NCBI RefSeq assembly: GCF_009834535.1
Contig: NC_045697.1
Span: 9,922,001-9,986,000 of the forward strand
DNA length: 64,000 nt
Direction: 5' to 3'
DNA from: Camelus ferus
Lineage: Eukaryota
In this document: positions 38,060 to 50,939 of the stretch, in pieces
Numbering within the stretch: position 1 is the first letter of the stretch
Layout: every line of letters starts with the position of its first letter
Translations under genes and position numbers: made by a program
Notes under the pieces: generated by a model
Seen by the model: the letters and a program-made list of their open reading frames with translations, nothing else
What the model was told of the DNA's origin: nothing
Databases searched by the model: none

Positions 38060-38900
38060 GAGAAGCCTGCTTTCTGCGCTGTCTGCCCCCGCGCAGGTGG
38101 TGCGCGGCGCACCCTGGGCTCCAACTTGCTCCCAGTTTGCAGCAGGCAGCAGATGCCAGACTGGGCTGCTATCTCCCTGCATTCTTCCCAGTGCTTCTTC
38201 CTCTCCTTGTCTCTTCTGTTCAGGACATTTGGGGGAAAAAAAAATCACAACCTCCGCTTTACGGAGCAGCTGCTTCTCTGCGACTTACTCTCTCTCAGGC
38301 CAGAGTTGCTATGGGGAAACCGGCAAAAAGTGATGTTCAGACAATATTGCACATAACAAGCACAGAACTCTGAGTTTTTTTTTTTTTAGTTGGAGAATAA
38401 TGTATAAGGCTTATTCATTTTCAAAATATTTCTGTTGTATCATTTCTAGGAGTTTTTGGACAAACTGGAGAGGCAGTATCACGTGCTGCGTGCGTCAAAG
38501 GAAACCCAATTCCTTACCGCAGAGCCTGTGAAACGCTTTCCGCAGACTCTCTGTCCTCCTGATAACCGGCAGCAGAACAGAGTGCGCTCAGCGTCTGCTC
38601 CCAATACTGCCCAGGTCCCCGGGGCTCTCGGAGCCCACGGTCCAGGGCCAAGGGGCTGGTCATCCCCAGGGTTGACTGCAGAGCCCGCCTTCCCGGTTCC
38701 CCACCGCTCACCACTGCCTTCAGGGATACAGGGCCCTCAGCAAAGTCAGGGTCTCCATTTCCCGCTAAATTCTAGTCTTGATCTTGGTCTTTTCCTCAAG
38801 ACTCCTGCATGACGTGGTGAGTGCCTGGGCGCTGTGTGAACACGTGGTTCATTCTGTGCATGTTGACCTATGAATTGGTGAGCTATGTTTTAGGGTGAGT
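38060..38900. promoter_or_regulatory. CpG-enriched, repeat-free putative promoter/enhancer
   Basis: Many retained CpGs, CTCF-like overlap at 38083-38103, CACGTG E-boxes, TGACGTGG and outward-facing splice donors. Confidence 0.5.
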
Positions 38901-39799
38901 TTCCAGGATCAGACCCAGGGACAAGGATGTGCAGGAGAAGGACCACCCGGATTTCCTCTTGAGGGGCACTGGATTGATTGGCAGCCCCAGACCCCGCCCT
39001 TCTGTGTCCTCCATATCCGTAGTGAGGCCACACTTTCCAGGTGCGAGCAGAGCTGTTGAACACAGTGGGGTCCTGTGTAGGCCCTTTCCTATGTGGCCCG
39101 TGACTCCTCAGCCAGTGGCTTTGGCTCTAGGACTCCCCATCCTCCTGATCAGGTATGTCTTGGGCTGCACTGCAGCACCAGAATCTTCCCAGCCAAACCT
39201 CCTTCCTTCCTCTCTCCTTCCCAGGGGCAGGTCTGGATTTCCATTCAAAGGCTCCTGGTCCACTCCCCCTCCTCCTTCTTTTTTCAGAAGTTTCTTGTAC
39301 GTTTGAACCTGTCTGGGCATTTGCTTTTCTGGGAGGTTTCGAACCCGGAGGCCATCCCAGGAAGCAATGAGACAAACTGGGGAGGAGAGACAGGAAAGGA
39401 AGGTGTGTGGATGGAGGGTGTTGACACAGATCCCACTGAGGTCAACTGGAGGCTCAGCCCTGCCGGAACCTTCTGAGAAACTGTACAGCCCACCTCAGAA
39501 CTGTATAACCAAGGAGCAAGAAACTCAGAGTATTTATTCACAACTGTTCCCCTCCCTGCGTGGGAAGTACTTCCAGATGCCTGCCCTGCTTCTAGGAGTG
39601 ACTGGGGTTGGGCCCAGCAGTGGATTCCAGAGGCCAAGATCTTAATCACTAAGCTTTGCCCCTCAGACTTATTAGAAGATTTGAAAGCTTGAGTTTGAAA
39701 CCAACCTGGTGTCCAAAGGTCACTTTCCTTTGGTCACAAATTAGAACCAGTTGGCAGTAACATGTTTCTTACTACAGGATCCCACATTGGTAGAGTGGA

Positions 39800-40020
39800 A
39801 AATCTACACAGCTAGCTGCTAGACGACCATGGCTACTTGCTAGCTGTGTGACCTTAGGCAGGTAACTTAACCCCTCTGTGCTTCAATTTAACCCCTCTGT
39901 GCTTCAATTTCTTCCTAGAGCAAAAGCAGTAGTCCACCTTGCTGACCTCTCAGAATCATTTTGAGAACCTTTGGCAGACATGTATTTGAAGGAACTTTCT
40001 AAACTGTGAGGTGCTTTCCA
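39800..40020 (+). mobile_element. MIR SINE with a 21-bp internal tandem duplication
   Basis: 'ctacttgctagctgtgtgaccttaggcaggtaacttaacccctctgtgcttcaattt'. Confidence 0.8.
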
Positions 40021-41249
40021 AAGGGAATGGATTCTGCCTCTGGAATAACCTTGAACTTTCTCCCTACTTCCTTGCTGTGTTCTGTTTCTGAAACAATCGC
40101 ATACATTGTCTTGTCTGTCCTTTCCTGCCCCCACCCCAGCTGTGTTCCAGGAGCCTTCCTCTGATTACAAAACTGGTTTCACAATCTCGCCAGTACAGGG
40201 TGTTTCATTCTACTCCCAACATGGCTTAGATAACACAGATTTAAGGGTTTGTAATTCATCCTTCATTGATCAGTGTTCTTGACTGTTACATGCTTGCCTT
40301 AACCCCGTCCCTTTCAGTCGTAGCCCAGAGGCTTAAGAGCAATGAATGGTCCCATCTGTCTCTCGTGTCATCTAGGCAGCTTTTCCTTAGCCCTCTCTTC
40401 CTAAGGCGGTCCCTAAATCTTATAGGGTCTTTCACCTCTTTGAGATTCTCAGGAAGGCTGAGACCTCTCTCCTCAGGAAAAAGTAAAAATAAAAGCACGT
40501 AAGCTTATATGTACATACAGGCACACACACACAAATTAGGTACAATTTTTCAGGGATTCACAGCCCCTCTGAAACCCAAGGATGGCAGTTGCAGATCTAA
40601 GGTAAAAACGTTTGATCTCTGATGCCAGCTAGATCGAGTTTTAAACACTGGTTGTATGCAGAGTACCTTAACAGTGATGTTGGCTCCCAGTAAGTGCTCA
40701 GTAAGTAACAGCTGCCTTTATCATTAAAGTAACGTACCAGCGCCAGAAACATTGCACAGTCCCACAAAACGTTCAAGAAAAAGGCTGGACAGCTTTTAAC
40801 AGCCATTTTCGTCTTCTACAAGGAAGAGGTTTGTGATCAACTTTGGAAGAGGCTAGTGTTGGTTCTCCCTCTGCTGGCCTGTGGTTAATACACACCCTTT
40901 GTTTAGATTCCTAAGAGTGTTGGTCCTGGGAAGGCAGTGAGGACAGAGATGGGAGATGGGGAGTTCGGGGGCCCATGGGTTACTTCTAAGCCCAGGAACA
41001 CCTTGGAAAAGCTAGGGACAGGGAAGTTTCTCTCCCTTTGTTTCTCTCTCTTTGCTTCTTTAAGCCTTAACTATTATATTTGCTGAGCAAGTCCTTTCTG
41101 GGTATCTGCTCTTAGAAGATGGCATGATCCCACAGGAATGAGATTCAGCCCTGCCCACAAATGCTGGGTCTCACCCTTGGGAGGTTTGCCTGTACGTTCT
41201 GACTTAGAGTTTCAGTTGAAATCAGAGGGCATGGAGTCACACTGGATGG

Positions 41250-41485
41250 GGTACAGTTAAGAGCAAGGGCTTTGAGCCCTGACTCACAGCCCTGCCCTCG
41301 CCAGTGGAGTGATTGGTTCACTGGGGCTCTCTGAGCCTCAGTTTCTCATCTATAAAATAGGATTAATAATAGCCCTCCCGCTTACAGCATGGTTAGGCAG
41401 ATTAAACAGCAGGTAAATTGGGTGAGCAGCGGAGGGTTTAGCAATAAAGAGACGTTAAGTGGTAGGTATTGGCGTTATTTTTATT
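41250..41485 (+). mobile_element. MIR SINE
   Basis: 'ctctctgagcctcagtttctcatctataaaataggattaataat'. Confidence 0.85.
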
Positions 41486-41557
41486 CTAACCTAGAAATAA
41501 ATAAATAATAAAAGCCTTTCTTATTTTTAAAATTCCACAATAATGCTTGCTTGTTAC

Positions 41558-41640
41558 ATAAGGTCAAACCACTTGAAACTGCTAGTATTCGGCCAGTTTG
41601 GATCTACAAAGCCAGCAAATTTTCCTTTGGTTCAAGCCAG
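41558..41640. mobile_element. MADE2-like mariner MITE (about 80 bp)
   Basis: 'taaggtcaaaccacttgaaactgc...gcaaattttcctttggttcaagcc' with imperfect terminal inverted repeats. Confidence 0.65.
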
Positions 41641-42017
41641 TAGAAGAATTCGAAATTTCAGATTGAAAAAATAGAAATTATCCTTAGCAACACTATCCAG
41701 AAATACACATGTGGGCATATCCTTCTGACCTCTTATGTATTGTAAATAAATTATGCTGATGGGAAGTAGGTGTGAAATCCTGATCAAATCAGATTATTAA
41801 AAAACAAAAACAAAAACAAAACTCAGTCTGATGAAGATGAAGTCAAATTTCCCCAGAGGGTACCCAGATAATGAGTGGAGCACAGGACACTGGGGTCACC
41901 ACTGACGTCTGCTCCATTTGAGAGATGCCGAGGTGTTCTTGTTTCTGTAGGACTTCAGCAGCGGCAGTAACCCGGCTGTCTGCCCATCCCTCTGCCTGTC
42001 CCTTCCCAAAGGCATTG

Positions 42018-42030
42018 TGCTGACTCAGCA
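42018..42030. promoter_or_regulatory. Perfect T-MARE (TGCTGACTCAGCA)
   Basis: Exact 13-bp Maf recognition element. Confidence 0.45.
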
Positions 42031-42789
42031 GGTACACTTGGCCTTGGCTGGTGAGGGATGTGGCCTTGACAAGCCATTTCATCGGCTCCTGAAGATGAGA
42101 TGAATGGCTACTGTGACTTTATAATTTCCCTATCACTCTGGGTAATCAGGGTTTGGGCTAGAGCACAATTACTTACTAGAGTAAAACTGTGGGAGAGTTA
42201 TACCCACCCTCTCCCTTCATTGTCCCAAGCATTTTGCCAATGGAAATAACTCCTCACTATTTTTAGAACGGAGACGGTAGCTATCAGGCTGTGCATAGCC
42301 TAGCAGGGCTTAGCAGTGCAGGTCAAGAGTTTCCTAAATGGACTGTAGCTCCTCTTCAGGGGTGTAAAGGGAGCTGGGTCCAGAGGAGTCTGCTCTTTTA
42401 GTCCTCTGGCCCTGGGGCTGATGAAATTCCCACCATTGTAGACACAGTTTAACAACAACCAGGCTGCCACTTGCCATAGACACTCACTTTGTTCCCTCTA
42501 CTCCAATGAAAGAGTGAATGTGGCTGTGTAAGAACCTTGGGCCAGGAGACAAGAACCCTGGGCCATAATTCTGTTGACTGAGTTGATGACTCAGAGCAAG
42601 TTATCCGTTCTGTCTGGCCTGTATTTTCCCAAAAGAAAGACCGAGGAAATTGAATCAGGTGATCTCCTAGTTTTGTTCTATTATTGTTTTCAAGCTCTCT
42701 ATACCTAATAGACTCATTCACTGAGTCTATGAACCAGAAAGGAGAAAGGTCTAAGGGAGAATTAGAAATTATGGGAATTTCTTTTGTTT

Positions 42790-43770
42790 ATTAAAAGCAC
42801 TATTGAGAGAATAAAGGGGACCACCAGATTGTAACCCATCTATCTGACAAAGGACATATACCCAACATATATAAAGAACTCCTATAGATCAATGAGCAAA
42901 AGGGCAGACAACCCCCCAAAAAAGGTAAAATATTTTAACCATAAAGGATATAGAAATATTTAACAAATTTATTGGAAGGTAATTAACTTCATAAGTCATC
43001 AACGAAATACAAGTTAAAACAACAAAGAGATACCTTACACGCACACCAGAATGACTAACATTAAAGAGACTGATAAGGCCAAGAATTAAAGAAGATGTGG
43101 AGCAATTGGGATTCCACGTACTGCAGGTGGAAGTATAAAATGGTACAACCACTTTGGAAAGTGATTTGGCATTATCTATGAAAGCTGAATATATATATAT
43201 ATAAAATGACCCAGTGATTTCACTCCTTAGATACATATTCAACAGAAAATTCATACATAAGTCACTCAAAAGACTTGTGTTAGAAAGCAGCACTATCCCT
43301 TAGTAGCTAAAAACTGGAAACCAAGAAAATTTCCATTAACTGAAGGACTAAATAAATGTGGTATATTTATATAATGGAATTCTAAACAGAAATGAGAATG
43401 AACAAAATACTTCTAAACATAATAACTTGGATGAATTTCAGAATGTAATGTTGAGCAAAAGAAAACAGACCCAAAAGAAGACATATTGTATTATTTCATT
43501 TACATAAAGTTCACAAATAGGCAAAACTAACCTCTGCTATTAGAGGTCAGAAGAGAGAGTCAGGATAGGAGTTTCCCTTGGAACTAGGAAGTGACTGGGA
43601 GGGAATACAAGGGGCTTCTGAGATGCTGGCAAATTTCAGATTCTTCATCTGAGTGTTAATTACAGAGATGGGTCTAGTTTGTGAAAATTCATTGAGCTGT
43701 GCTTCTATGATAAGAGTTATTTGGAGGTTATATGATACATCAATAGAAAGTTTTTTAAGTAAAAAAATAA
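42790..43770 (+). mobile_element. Old L1 (L1MC/ME-like) ORF2 end and 3' UTR
   Basis: 'atctgacaaaggac...aatggtacaaccactttggaaa...tgacccagtgatttcactcct...atgttgagcaaaagaa...gtgaaaattcattgagctgt'. Confidence 0.85.
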
Positions 43771-44339
43771 AAGGGATAAATTCCATAATTTTTTTTTTTG
43801 GGTATTCTTTCCCTCATGCCAGCCCCAGAGGCTTTTTTTAAAGCTATGTTAGCTTCTGTTGATTATCCTTTTCTCCAGACTTTCTCTGTCCTGTATAACC
43901 CACCATTTGATAATGCACTGATTTTTCTCATGGTTTTCTTAATATTTCATTTGCTTTAATACTGCACTGCCAAGTGCATTGTGAATTCTAGTACGTGGGA
44001 GCTATGCTTTGAACTCAGACAGAAAGTAAAGAATGTCAAACCTGCCCGTCTACTCCTCAGACCCCAGTATTTAGGGGACCAGTGTTCCCAAGCCTGGCTT
44101 TTTCTATACTTATCCCACGTGTTCAGCCTACCCCTGAACTCCTCCTTTATAACATCTGCAGAAAAACCTGTCCGCTTCTCTCTGGATTACTCTGGCTTCA
44201 CCGGTTCAGTTTTGTGCAAATTCAACAGCTGATCAGTGCTGAATACTCTCTGATGTCCCAGGGACGTGGAGATTATGAAACTGATTCCCCAGCCCCAGGG
44301 CACTCCCTGGATGGCCAGGGAGAACGACTCAGAAAAGGA

Positions 44340-44740
44340 AAACATGTCATCATTCATTAACCACATGGAAACGGAGAGGAGAGATACCCAAACCCAACCC
44401 AGCCGTGGTTGCCTCGGAGAAGGCTTCCAGGGGAGAGAGTCATCCTAGAATTGAGACCTGAAGTGTGAGTAGAAGGTGACCAGGTGAAGAGGGAAGAATG
44501 GCTTTTCAAGCAGAGGAAACAGTGAATATAAAATCACAGAATCACAAAACAGCAAAGTGTGCGTATAAGTGTGTGTGTGTGTATGTGTATGTGGGGGTGG
44601 GGGATGGAGTTATTATAACCAGGTGAGTATCTCTGGATTCTAAGTGGAGAGAAAGGGAAGGTGGAAAGTGGTCAGTGACAGTACATGAGGCGAAAGAGTT
44701 AAGTAGCCTTGAATGCTAAACTGAGGAGCTTGGAGCCAGT
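44340..44740 (-). mobile_element. L2 fragment
   Basis: 'ggagaaggcttccagggg...ttgagacctgaagtgtgagtag...gcagaggaaacag...ccttgaatgctaaactgaggag'. Confidence 0.7.
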
Positions 44741-44749
44741 AACACAGGT

Positions 44750-44902
44750 TGGCACGGGATGGCAAACTAGATCCAAATGTGACCCACTGCTCATTTTGTC
44801 AATAAATTTTTATTGGAACATGGCCACCTCTGCTCCTTGGTCATTGACTATGGCTGTCACTGCACAACAGTGGCAGAGTTAAGCAGTTGCTACGGAGACC
44901 TC
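44750..44902 (+). mobile_element. MER58A-like hAT-Charlie relic
   Basis: 'ggcaaacta...ttttgtcaataaatttttattggaacatggccac...tatggctg...gcagagttaagcagttgctacggagacc'. Confidence 0.8.
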
Positions 44903-47224
44903 ACATCCCAAGCCTTGCCACCCCCCAATGTAGAAGATGATGAGCCACTGAGGGGTTCTAAGAAGAAGGAGAGTCACCCTGACACAGCCATGGTCCATGC
45001 TGTGGAACGAGTACAAATTTGCTTGCTTACACATCAGAGGAGCATCGTCAAGGGCCTTCTTGAGTGGAGGACTGTTTTTTGTTTTTTGTTTTTTTGCACC
45101 CAGGACTCTGCTGAGCACTTGTCCACGTCTGTGGAGACTGGCTGATGTAATGGTTTGTGACTGGGGATGTGACCAGACCCGAAGAGACTGAACACGAGTA
45201 GAACTGAGATGGAGCCCGGCAGCCCTGGGCTGCTGTCCTGCAGCAGGTGGGTTTGGTTTGGGAAGATGTATATAGCATACCGTCTTCCCCTATTGAGTTT
45301 GAAGGCCAACTGGTAGGAAATCCTAAGGATATAATGAAGAGGAAGAAAAATATGATCTTTATTGTTAGTACTTCCCCCTTGATGTAGACAAGCTAACTGC
45401 CTCAGAAACAGCAGCCCTGACTGACCTACTCTGCCTGTGAAGGCCTGTTCCTGAGTGTTCACATCTGTAAATAAGCAGTGACAGAGGGAGACACACTGAG
45501 CTCCTTCTCAAGCACACTAATCAGATCGGTCACTGCTCTGTCCCTAGACAGGGAATGGGCGAGAGGCCAGTGGCGTTGCCATGATGGAGTTTCTCCACAT
45601 AGAGACAGGAAGGCAGAGGAAAGGAGCTGTTCCAGCCCCAACACCGGGTTGTCAGTTTCCACTGAAGAACTGTGTCTGCCGGTGATGTGCTGATGCTACG
45701 CTCTGGTGGGAGCATCTCTTTGGGGCCATCAGGCCATAGTGGTTTCCTCTTAGGGAGCTGAGGTCCTCGCTGTCAGTAATCCTGGGAGGATGCTGATGCT
45801 GAGAAGAGAAACAGGGGCCTGGCGCAAGTCTCAGACTAGGTGAGAATCAGTTTGGCCCAGAGCCTGAAGTGGGAAGATGCCCAGAGTGTTTGTGGTGGCT
45901 GGAAGTTAGCTGGATGGTGAGGCATTTGGAGGACAGACCCCCAGACAGGCAAGGGGATGGTTTAAGAAGGGACCCTAGGATAAGGACAAGCCAGCTGGGA
46001 GGAATTATAAATTATAACCCACTTTGCACAGCCCTTCCACTGCCCTTGAAACTTCAGTGCAGTCCTGTTCCATTGTCGGATCCCAGTTGGATACTGTATA
46101 CGGCCCCACCCTGTGAATCAGGGAGGGCAGTAAAGGAAGACCAATGCCAAGTTCCACTGAGGCCAAAATGGGAGAAAGAACCATAACCAACCAGCCACCA
46201 CTGTTCCCAGAAGAAAGGCCGTCCCACTGGCCAGTGGAAGCAAAGGCAGCAGCACGGTAGCCCCACAGGACATCTGTGGAGGACAAAGTCATGGTCATGT
46301 CCCTGAGCACATGTAAGTCACCTGGACCTCTCGAAAATAGCTAGCGACACTTTGAGAAGGGCTGCTTTCCACAAATCAAGTCAGCAGGACTGCAACTGTG
46401 CTAATTTGGGTATAAAGGTAAATGAGGTGTTGTTTTGAAGTCACAGGCAGCATGTGCAAAACACTGAGCCCACTTGCCAGCTCATGACAAGCAGTGACGA
46501 CTCCACAAACAGGACCTCTTATCATTTTCACTCTTGTGTTATGTTGATCTGCACATCTCGGCTTTCATTTCTCCAGAGTGACTGATGGCAGGTCGCTGTG
46601 GCTTTAAAGCTACTGGGGGATCCCCGGACAGGCTCCTAACAAGAATTTGTGGAGCAGCGGGGTTCCAAGTTGTGCTTTGAGGACAGTAAGAATTCCACTT
46701 TGCAGAGGAAAAGCAGCTCTACAAAATGTGGGTCAAGGCGCTGGAAGCTGGGCTGTCGGAGGGTGGTGGGATTGGTCACTGAATACAAAGTGGGGGGAGG
46801 GTGGGAGTCGGGAGGGGAGGAAAAGAAGCAGGAAGTTTATGCAAGGTGATTTTGCAGAAGATCAAGCCCGACATATTTTTAGGACCTGTATAATAAATGC
46901 AAACCAGCCATCTCTCTTAAGAACCTTCTTTGAAATTGCAATAAATTCTCCTTGACAGAAACTCAGTCAAGTCCAGCATGTAATCTCCCGCTGTCAAGAA
47001 GAGTAATGCCGAGTGGTATATGTTCTTCTACTATTTAAAAAAAAAAAAGGAGGTTGCTGGCCTGCCTGGGAAGATGGAAGTTAATTTACCAAAGCTGCTT
47101 CTCAAGGATCTGCTTGCTCACCTTGTGGGATATCCTTTTCATCAGTCTTGTGAAAAGTGAATACTTTTAGGGAAGTCCTCTTTGGCCAGTTCCTTCTAAG
47201 ATCCTGTCTCCTCTGTGAAGCAGG

Positions 47225-47465
47225 AGTGAGAGGATGTGGAATTGGAGGAATTGGGGGCTTGAACCCTAGCTCTGCTCATTACTATTAGCTTTGTGGTCTG
47301 GAGCAAGTTATTTCCCATATCTAAGTTTCAATAATCTCACCTGTAAACAGGAGCAAGAGTGGTACCAACCGCATAAGCCTTGTTTTGAGAAACAGGTAAA
47401 ATTAGGCATGCTCGGTTATTACACTGTGACTTGGCATTCAGTAAGTGCTCAATAAATGTCTATTA
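47225..47465 (+). mobile_element. MIR SINE
   Basis: 'ttgaaccctagctctgctc...gcaagttattt...cacctgtaaacagg...cagtaagtgctcaataaatgtc'. Confidence 0.8.
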
Positions 47466-47487
47466 GTATTGACATCGCCACAATTAC

Positions 47488-47535
47488 CATCACATCATCA
47501 TCATCATCATCATCACCTTTATTATTGTTGTTATT
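47488..47535 (+). repeat. (CAT)n followed by (TTA/TTG)n microsatellite
   Basis: Directly visible. Confidence 0.8.
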
Positions 47536-47819
47536 CTCCACTATCTTTAGATACATCACTTTCCCCCAACTCAACTGCAGAGCCTTAGGATCCACAGTCA
47601 TGTTTTGGGGGCCACTGGGGAGGGGGAGGGGGAGTTTGAGATGGGGAAAAAACAAATGGACTTTTTCCCTCTACTTTTTCCTGAGTAGTTCTGCTGTGTT
47701 TGTGCCCCCTCCTCATTTAATCTTTAAATCTCTATTCTCATTCAGTTGCTCAACAAGTATCCATGGAGAGCTACACTGCAGCACCCCTGTCAGCACACAA
47801 ATAATCCAAATTGCTACCA

Positions 47820-48358
47820 GTTTTAGAGATAAAATAATCTTTCTTGACTGCACATCTTCTTCAACCACTGCCCACTTACCTTCTCCTCTTCACAGCAAAA
47901 CTCCCCGAAAGAGCTATGTCCAGTCCCTCAATCCTCTTGCCACCATATCTTTTCTTTTCAGTGCATTTCAGTGAAGCATCCTTCCCAGCCATCCGAGACT
48001 GCTCTTGTCAAAGCCAGCAGTGACCCCTGTGTTGCTAAATTCTGGGTCACTTCTTTCTCCTTGTGGTGCTTGACTCGGGAGCAGCATCCAGTGGAGCTGA
48101 CCCTGCCTTGTCGTATAACACCGGCTTCTGGTGTCCACGTTCTCACATCCTCCAGGTCTTCCAACCATCTAACTATCCTGCCTTTTCAGTTTTCTTTGTT
48201 GATTTCTTCCCAAAGGCTTGAAATGCTCCAGGGCACTTCCAAAGGCCCCTTCCCTTCTCAGTCTATTCTCTCCCTCAAGGATCCCACCTAGTCCAGTGGC
48301 TTTAAATCCAATCTACAAACTTTGAATTCCAAATTCTATACCAAGATTTAACTTCTCT

Positions 48359-48406
<48 letters not shown>

Positions 48407-48800
48407 AATGCCATCTCCTCTTTGATATATTTTGTTCTTAGGATGCCAAAGGAGAGATTTAACCATGTCACACTCTTATCTAAAATATCTCAAAGGTCTT
48501 TAAGATCTAGCCTCTGCCTCACTCCTCAAGCCTCATTTCTCAACATATTCTGACCCTTCTAACCCTAATCCTCACCCTACACCCTATGGCCAGTGCCGTT
48601 CCCCATAAATTGAACTGTTTTAAACCTCCTGCACATTTTCCCCATGTTTCTCTTTTTATAGGATACAGTTTCTCTCCTTCTTTGTCAGTTTCCTACTAAT
48701 TTCTGAAGACAGCTCAGGCATTGTTTAGGCATCAATCAGACCCAAAGGTCCTTCCTTGCTGCTCCCTTGGAACCTTGGTCACTTGTCCTGTACTTAGCAG
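47820..48800 (+). mobile_element. L2 LINE fragment
   Basis: 'gagactgctcttgtcaaagccagcagtgaccc...gttgctaaat...tccagtggctttaaat'. Confidence 0.75.
48363..48404 (+). repeat. Perfect (AT)n microsatellite, about 21 units
   Basis: Directly visible. Confidence 0.95.
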
Positions 48801-48827
48801 TTGCTTGTATTGTGATTCCTCCTCATC

Positions 48828-49172
48828 TGTCTCTTAGTCCAGGCTGCTATAAAAAAAAAAAAATACCATCCACTGGGTGGTTTAAACAGCAAGCATTTAT
48901 TTCTTGCAGTTCTGGAGCCTGGGATGCCCAAGATCTAGGTGCTGGCAGGCCCAGTGTCTGGTGAGAACCCTCCGGCTGGTTTGCAGTCATGATCTTGCTG
49001 TGCCTTCAAGTTCTTTTATATCTCTGCATATAGGGGCGTTAATTCCATCATGAGAGCTCCACCCTCACAGCCTAATTATATCCCAGGAGCCTCATTTCCA
49101 AATACCGTCATGTTGGGAACTAGGCCTTCAAGATATGGGTCTGATGGGGACACAACCCTTTAGTCCATAGTG
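48828..49172 (-). mobile_element. MaLR solo LTR (MLT1A type)
   Basis: 'cttagtccaggctgctataa...ctgggtggtttaaaca...gcatttatttcttgcagttctggag...tagtccatag'. Confidence 0.85.
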
Positions 49173-49859
49173 CTAGCTCTTCCCTTTGCCAGGGTGGAAG
49201 CATCTCAAGAGGAGGGTCTGTGTCCTTCAGTCCTGTGGTCCCAGCACCTGCCACGGTGTCCTGCAAACTACAGCAGCATTTACGTTTACTGACAGCTGAC
49301 TGTGTACCAGGTGCTGGACCCACTGTTCAAAAGGACGCAGCTGTTAGGGAGAGCGTTTCCTCCTCATTCTTGACGTTTCTTTCCACGTGGAGGGAACTCT
49401 TACAGCACTTCTGTCCTCTCCTCCCCTAGAAAAACGAAGTGACTTTTCTGATTGGAGGTTAAAAGGGGAAATTGGGCATAGGTGGTTCAGCTCCATGTTC
49501 TTCGGTTTCTCATAAGAGAGAGCTGTCTGCAGCAAGCAATTTTTTCTTTATGTCAAAAATGCTTCGGTGGCTAGAGAGGTCAGCCTTCCTAATTCTGGAG
49601 GTGGTGGTCTCTGGATCTCAATTTCTGATTTTCGATATCAGCTTTATCAGTTTAGTTTTTTAAAGTGATATAGTGACCCCTGTCTAATGACTCTTTTACG
49701 GTTATTTCTCATTTGGTTCAGAGTCCAGCTTGGGGGAATGAGGGCTACTGGGTACACACGCCAAGACCACAACGCTTAGGAAGTCATCAGTATCATTAGC
49801 CCACCCAGCAGGTTCTCAATAAAAGTTGGTTAAACTCAAAGGAAATAAAGTCTAATACA

Positions 49860-50230
49860 TGTATGAGTCCAGGTAGAGTAGGTCATGCTTTGGTAACAAA
49901 TTAAACATGAAAGTCATGATGTACACACACACACTAGTTTTTCTTGCATGCCACACGTCCAGTACAGCTTGCTGGGGGAGACTCTGTTCCCCAGAGACTC
50001 TCAAGAACCCAGCCCTAAGGAATCACCACCATGTTATGATTATGTCCTTTCAGCAATAAGGGGTATTTGGAAGCTTGTATCATCCCTTACTGCTTCCAAC
50101 CAGAAGTGACACTTACATTCACAACAATTTGGACAGAATAAGTAATATGGCTCTGTTATAACTACGAGTAGGGCTGGGACATGTAGCAGAGCACGTGGGA
50201 TACTTGACAAGCCTCACTGACTTTGCCACA
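49860..50230 (-). mobile_element. Old MaLR LTR (MLT1J/K type)
   Basis: 'tgtatgagtccaggtagagtaggtcatgctttggtaacaaa...ccagaagtgacac'. Confidence 0.6.
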
Positions 50231-50384
50231 GGGCCCTTGAACGCCATAAAGCACAGTTCTGGAGACATGGAACTCTTGACTGGACCTCATGGTGGATGGA
50301 ATGGGCACTGTGTGAAATGAGAAAGAGGGAGAGGAGACCAGACGTAATGTGCAGGAAACGGTCAGGCAAGTGGAACTGGAGGCT

Positions 50385-50530
50385 CCCCTACCGAACACTC
50401 GGTTTCCTTATTTATAAAATGAAGAAAATATTTCCTGCTTCATAGGGTCTTGTGACGATTAAGTCAGTTAAAATATAGGGAGTGCCAAGCACAGGAGCTG
50501 GCTTTTATTTAACATTCAAGAAATGTGACT
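50385..50530 (+). mobile_element. MIR SINE
   Basis: 'ctcggtttccttatttataaaatga...catagggtcttgtgacgattaa'. Confidence 0.75.
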
Positions 50531-50939
50531 TTCTATCACCTTGTTGACTTTAAGATCATACAACCCCTTTGATTTCTGCTAAATACTACGTATATCTAAA
50601 GATATGCAGATTTTTCCCCAAATTATTCCTCAGAACAAAGGAAGCCGTACTTTCAAGGGCATCCAAGGGCTCTCATTTTACAGGAGTTCTTTTCATTACT
50701 TTATTTGGAACAAAGCAGAACTATTTGTCAAGATACATTAGTCTGCCTTGTACTCAATTAATGCTGATTTTCAACGTGATGGAGGTCACCTGGCAGCACT
50801 GGATTTTTTAAAGGAGGAAAAGGAATTTGACATGGATTTAGTCATCATTTCTGGGGAGAGGGTATGGTTTTCCAGATGGAAGCACAGGTTATCGTTTTAA
50901 ACAAACCAATTAAAGATGACTTTAAAAACGAATTTAAAT

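Noticed and set aside
38801..38816. 16-nt microexon (AG|actcctgcatgacgtg|GT)
   Set aside because: Frame-shifting length and a weak AAG acceptor; the donor is better explained as the end of a longer first exon
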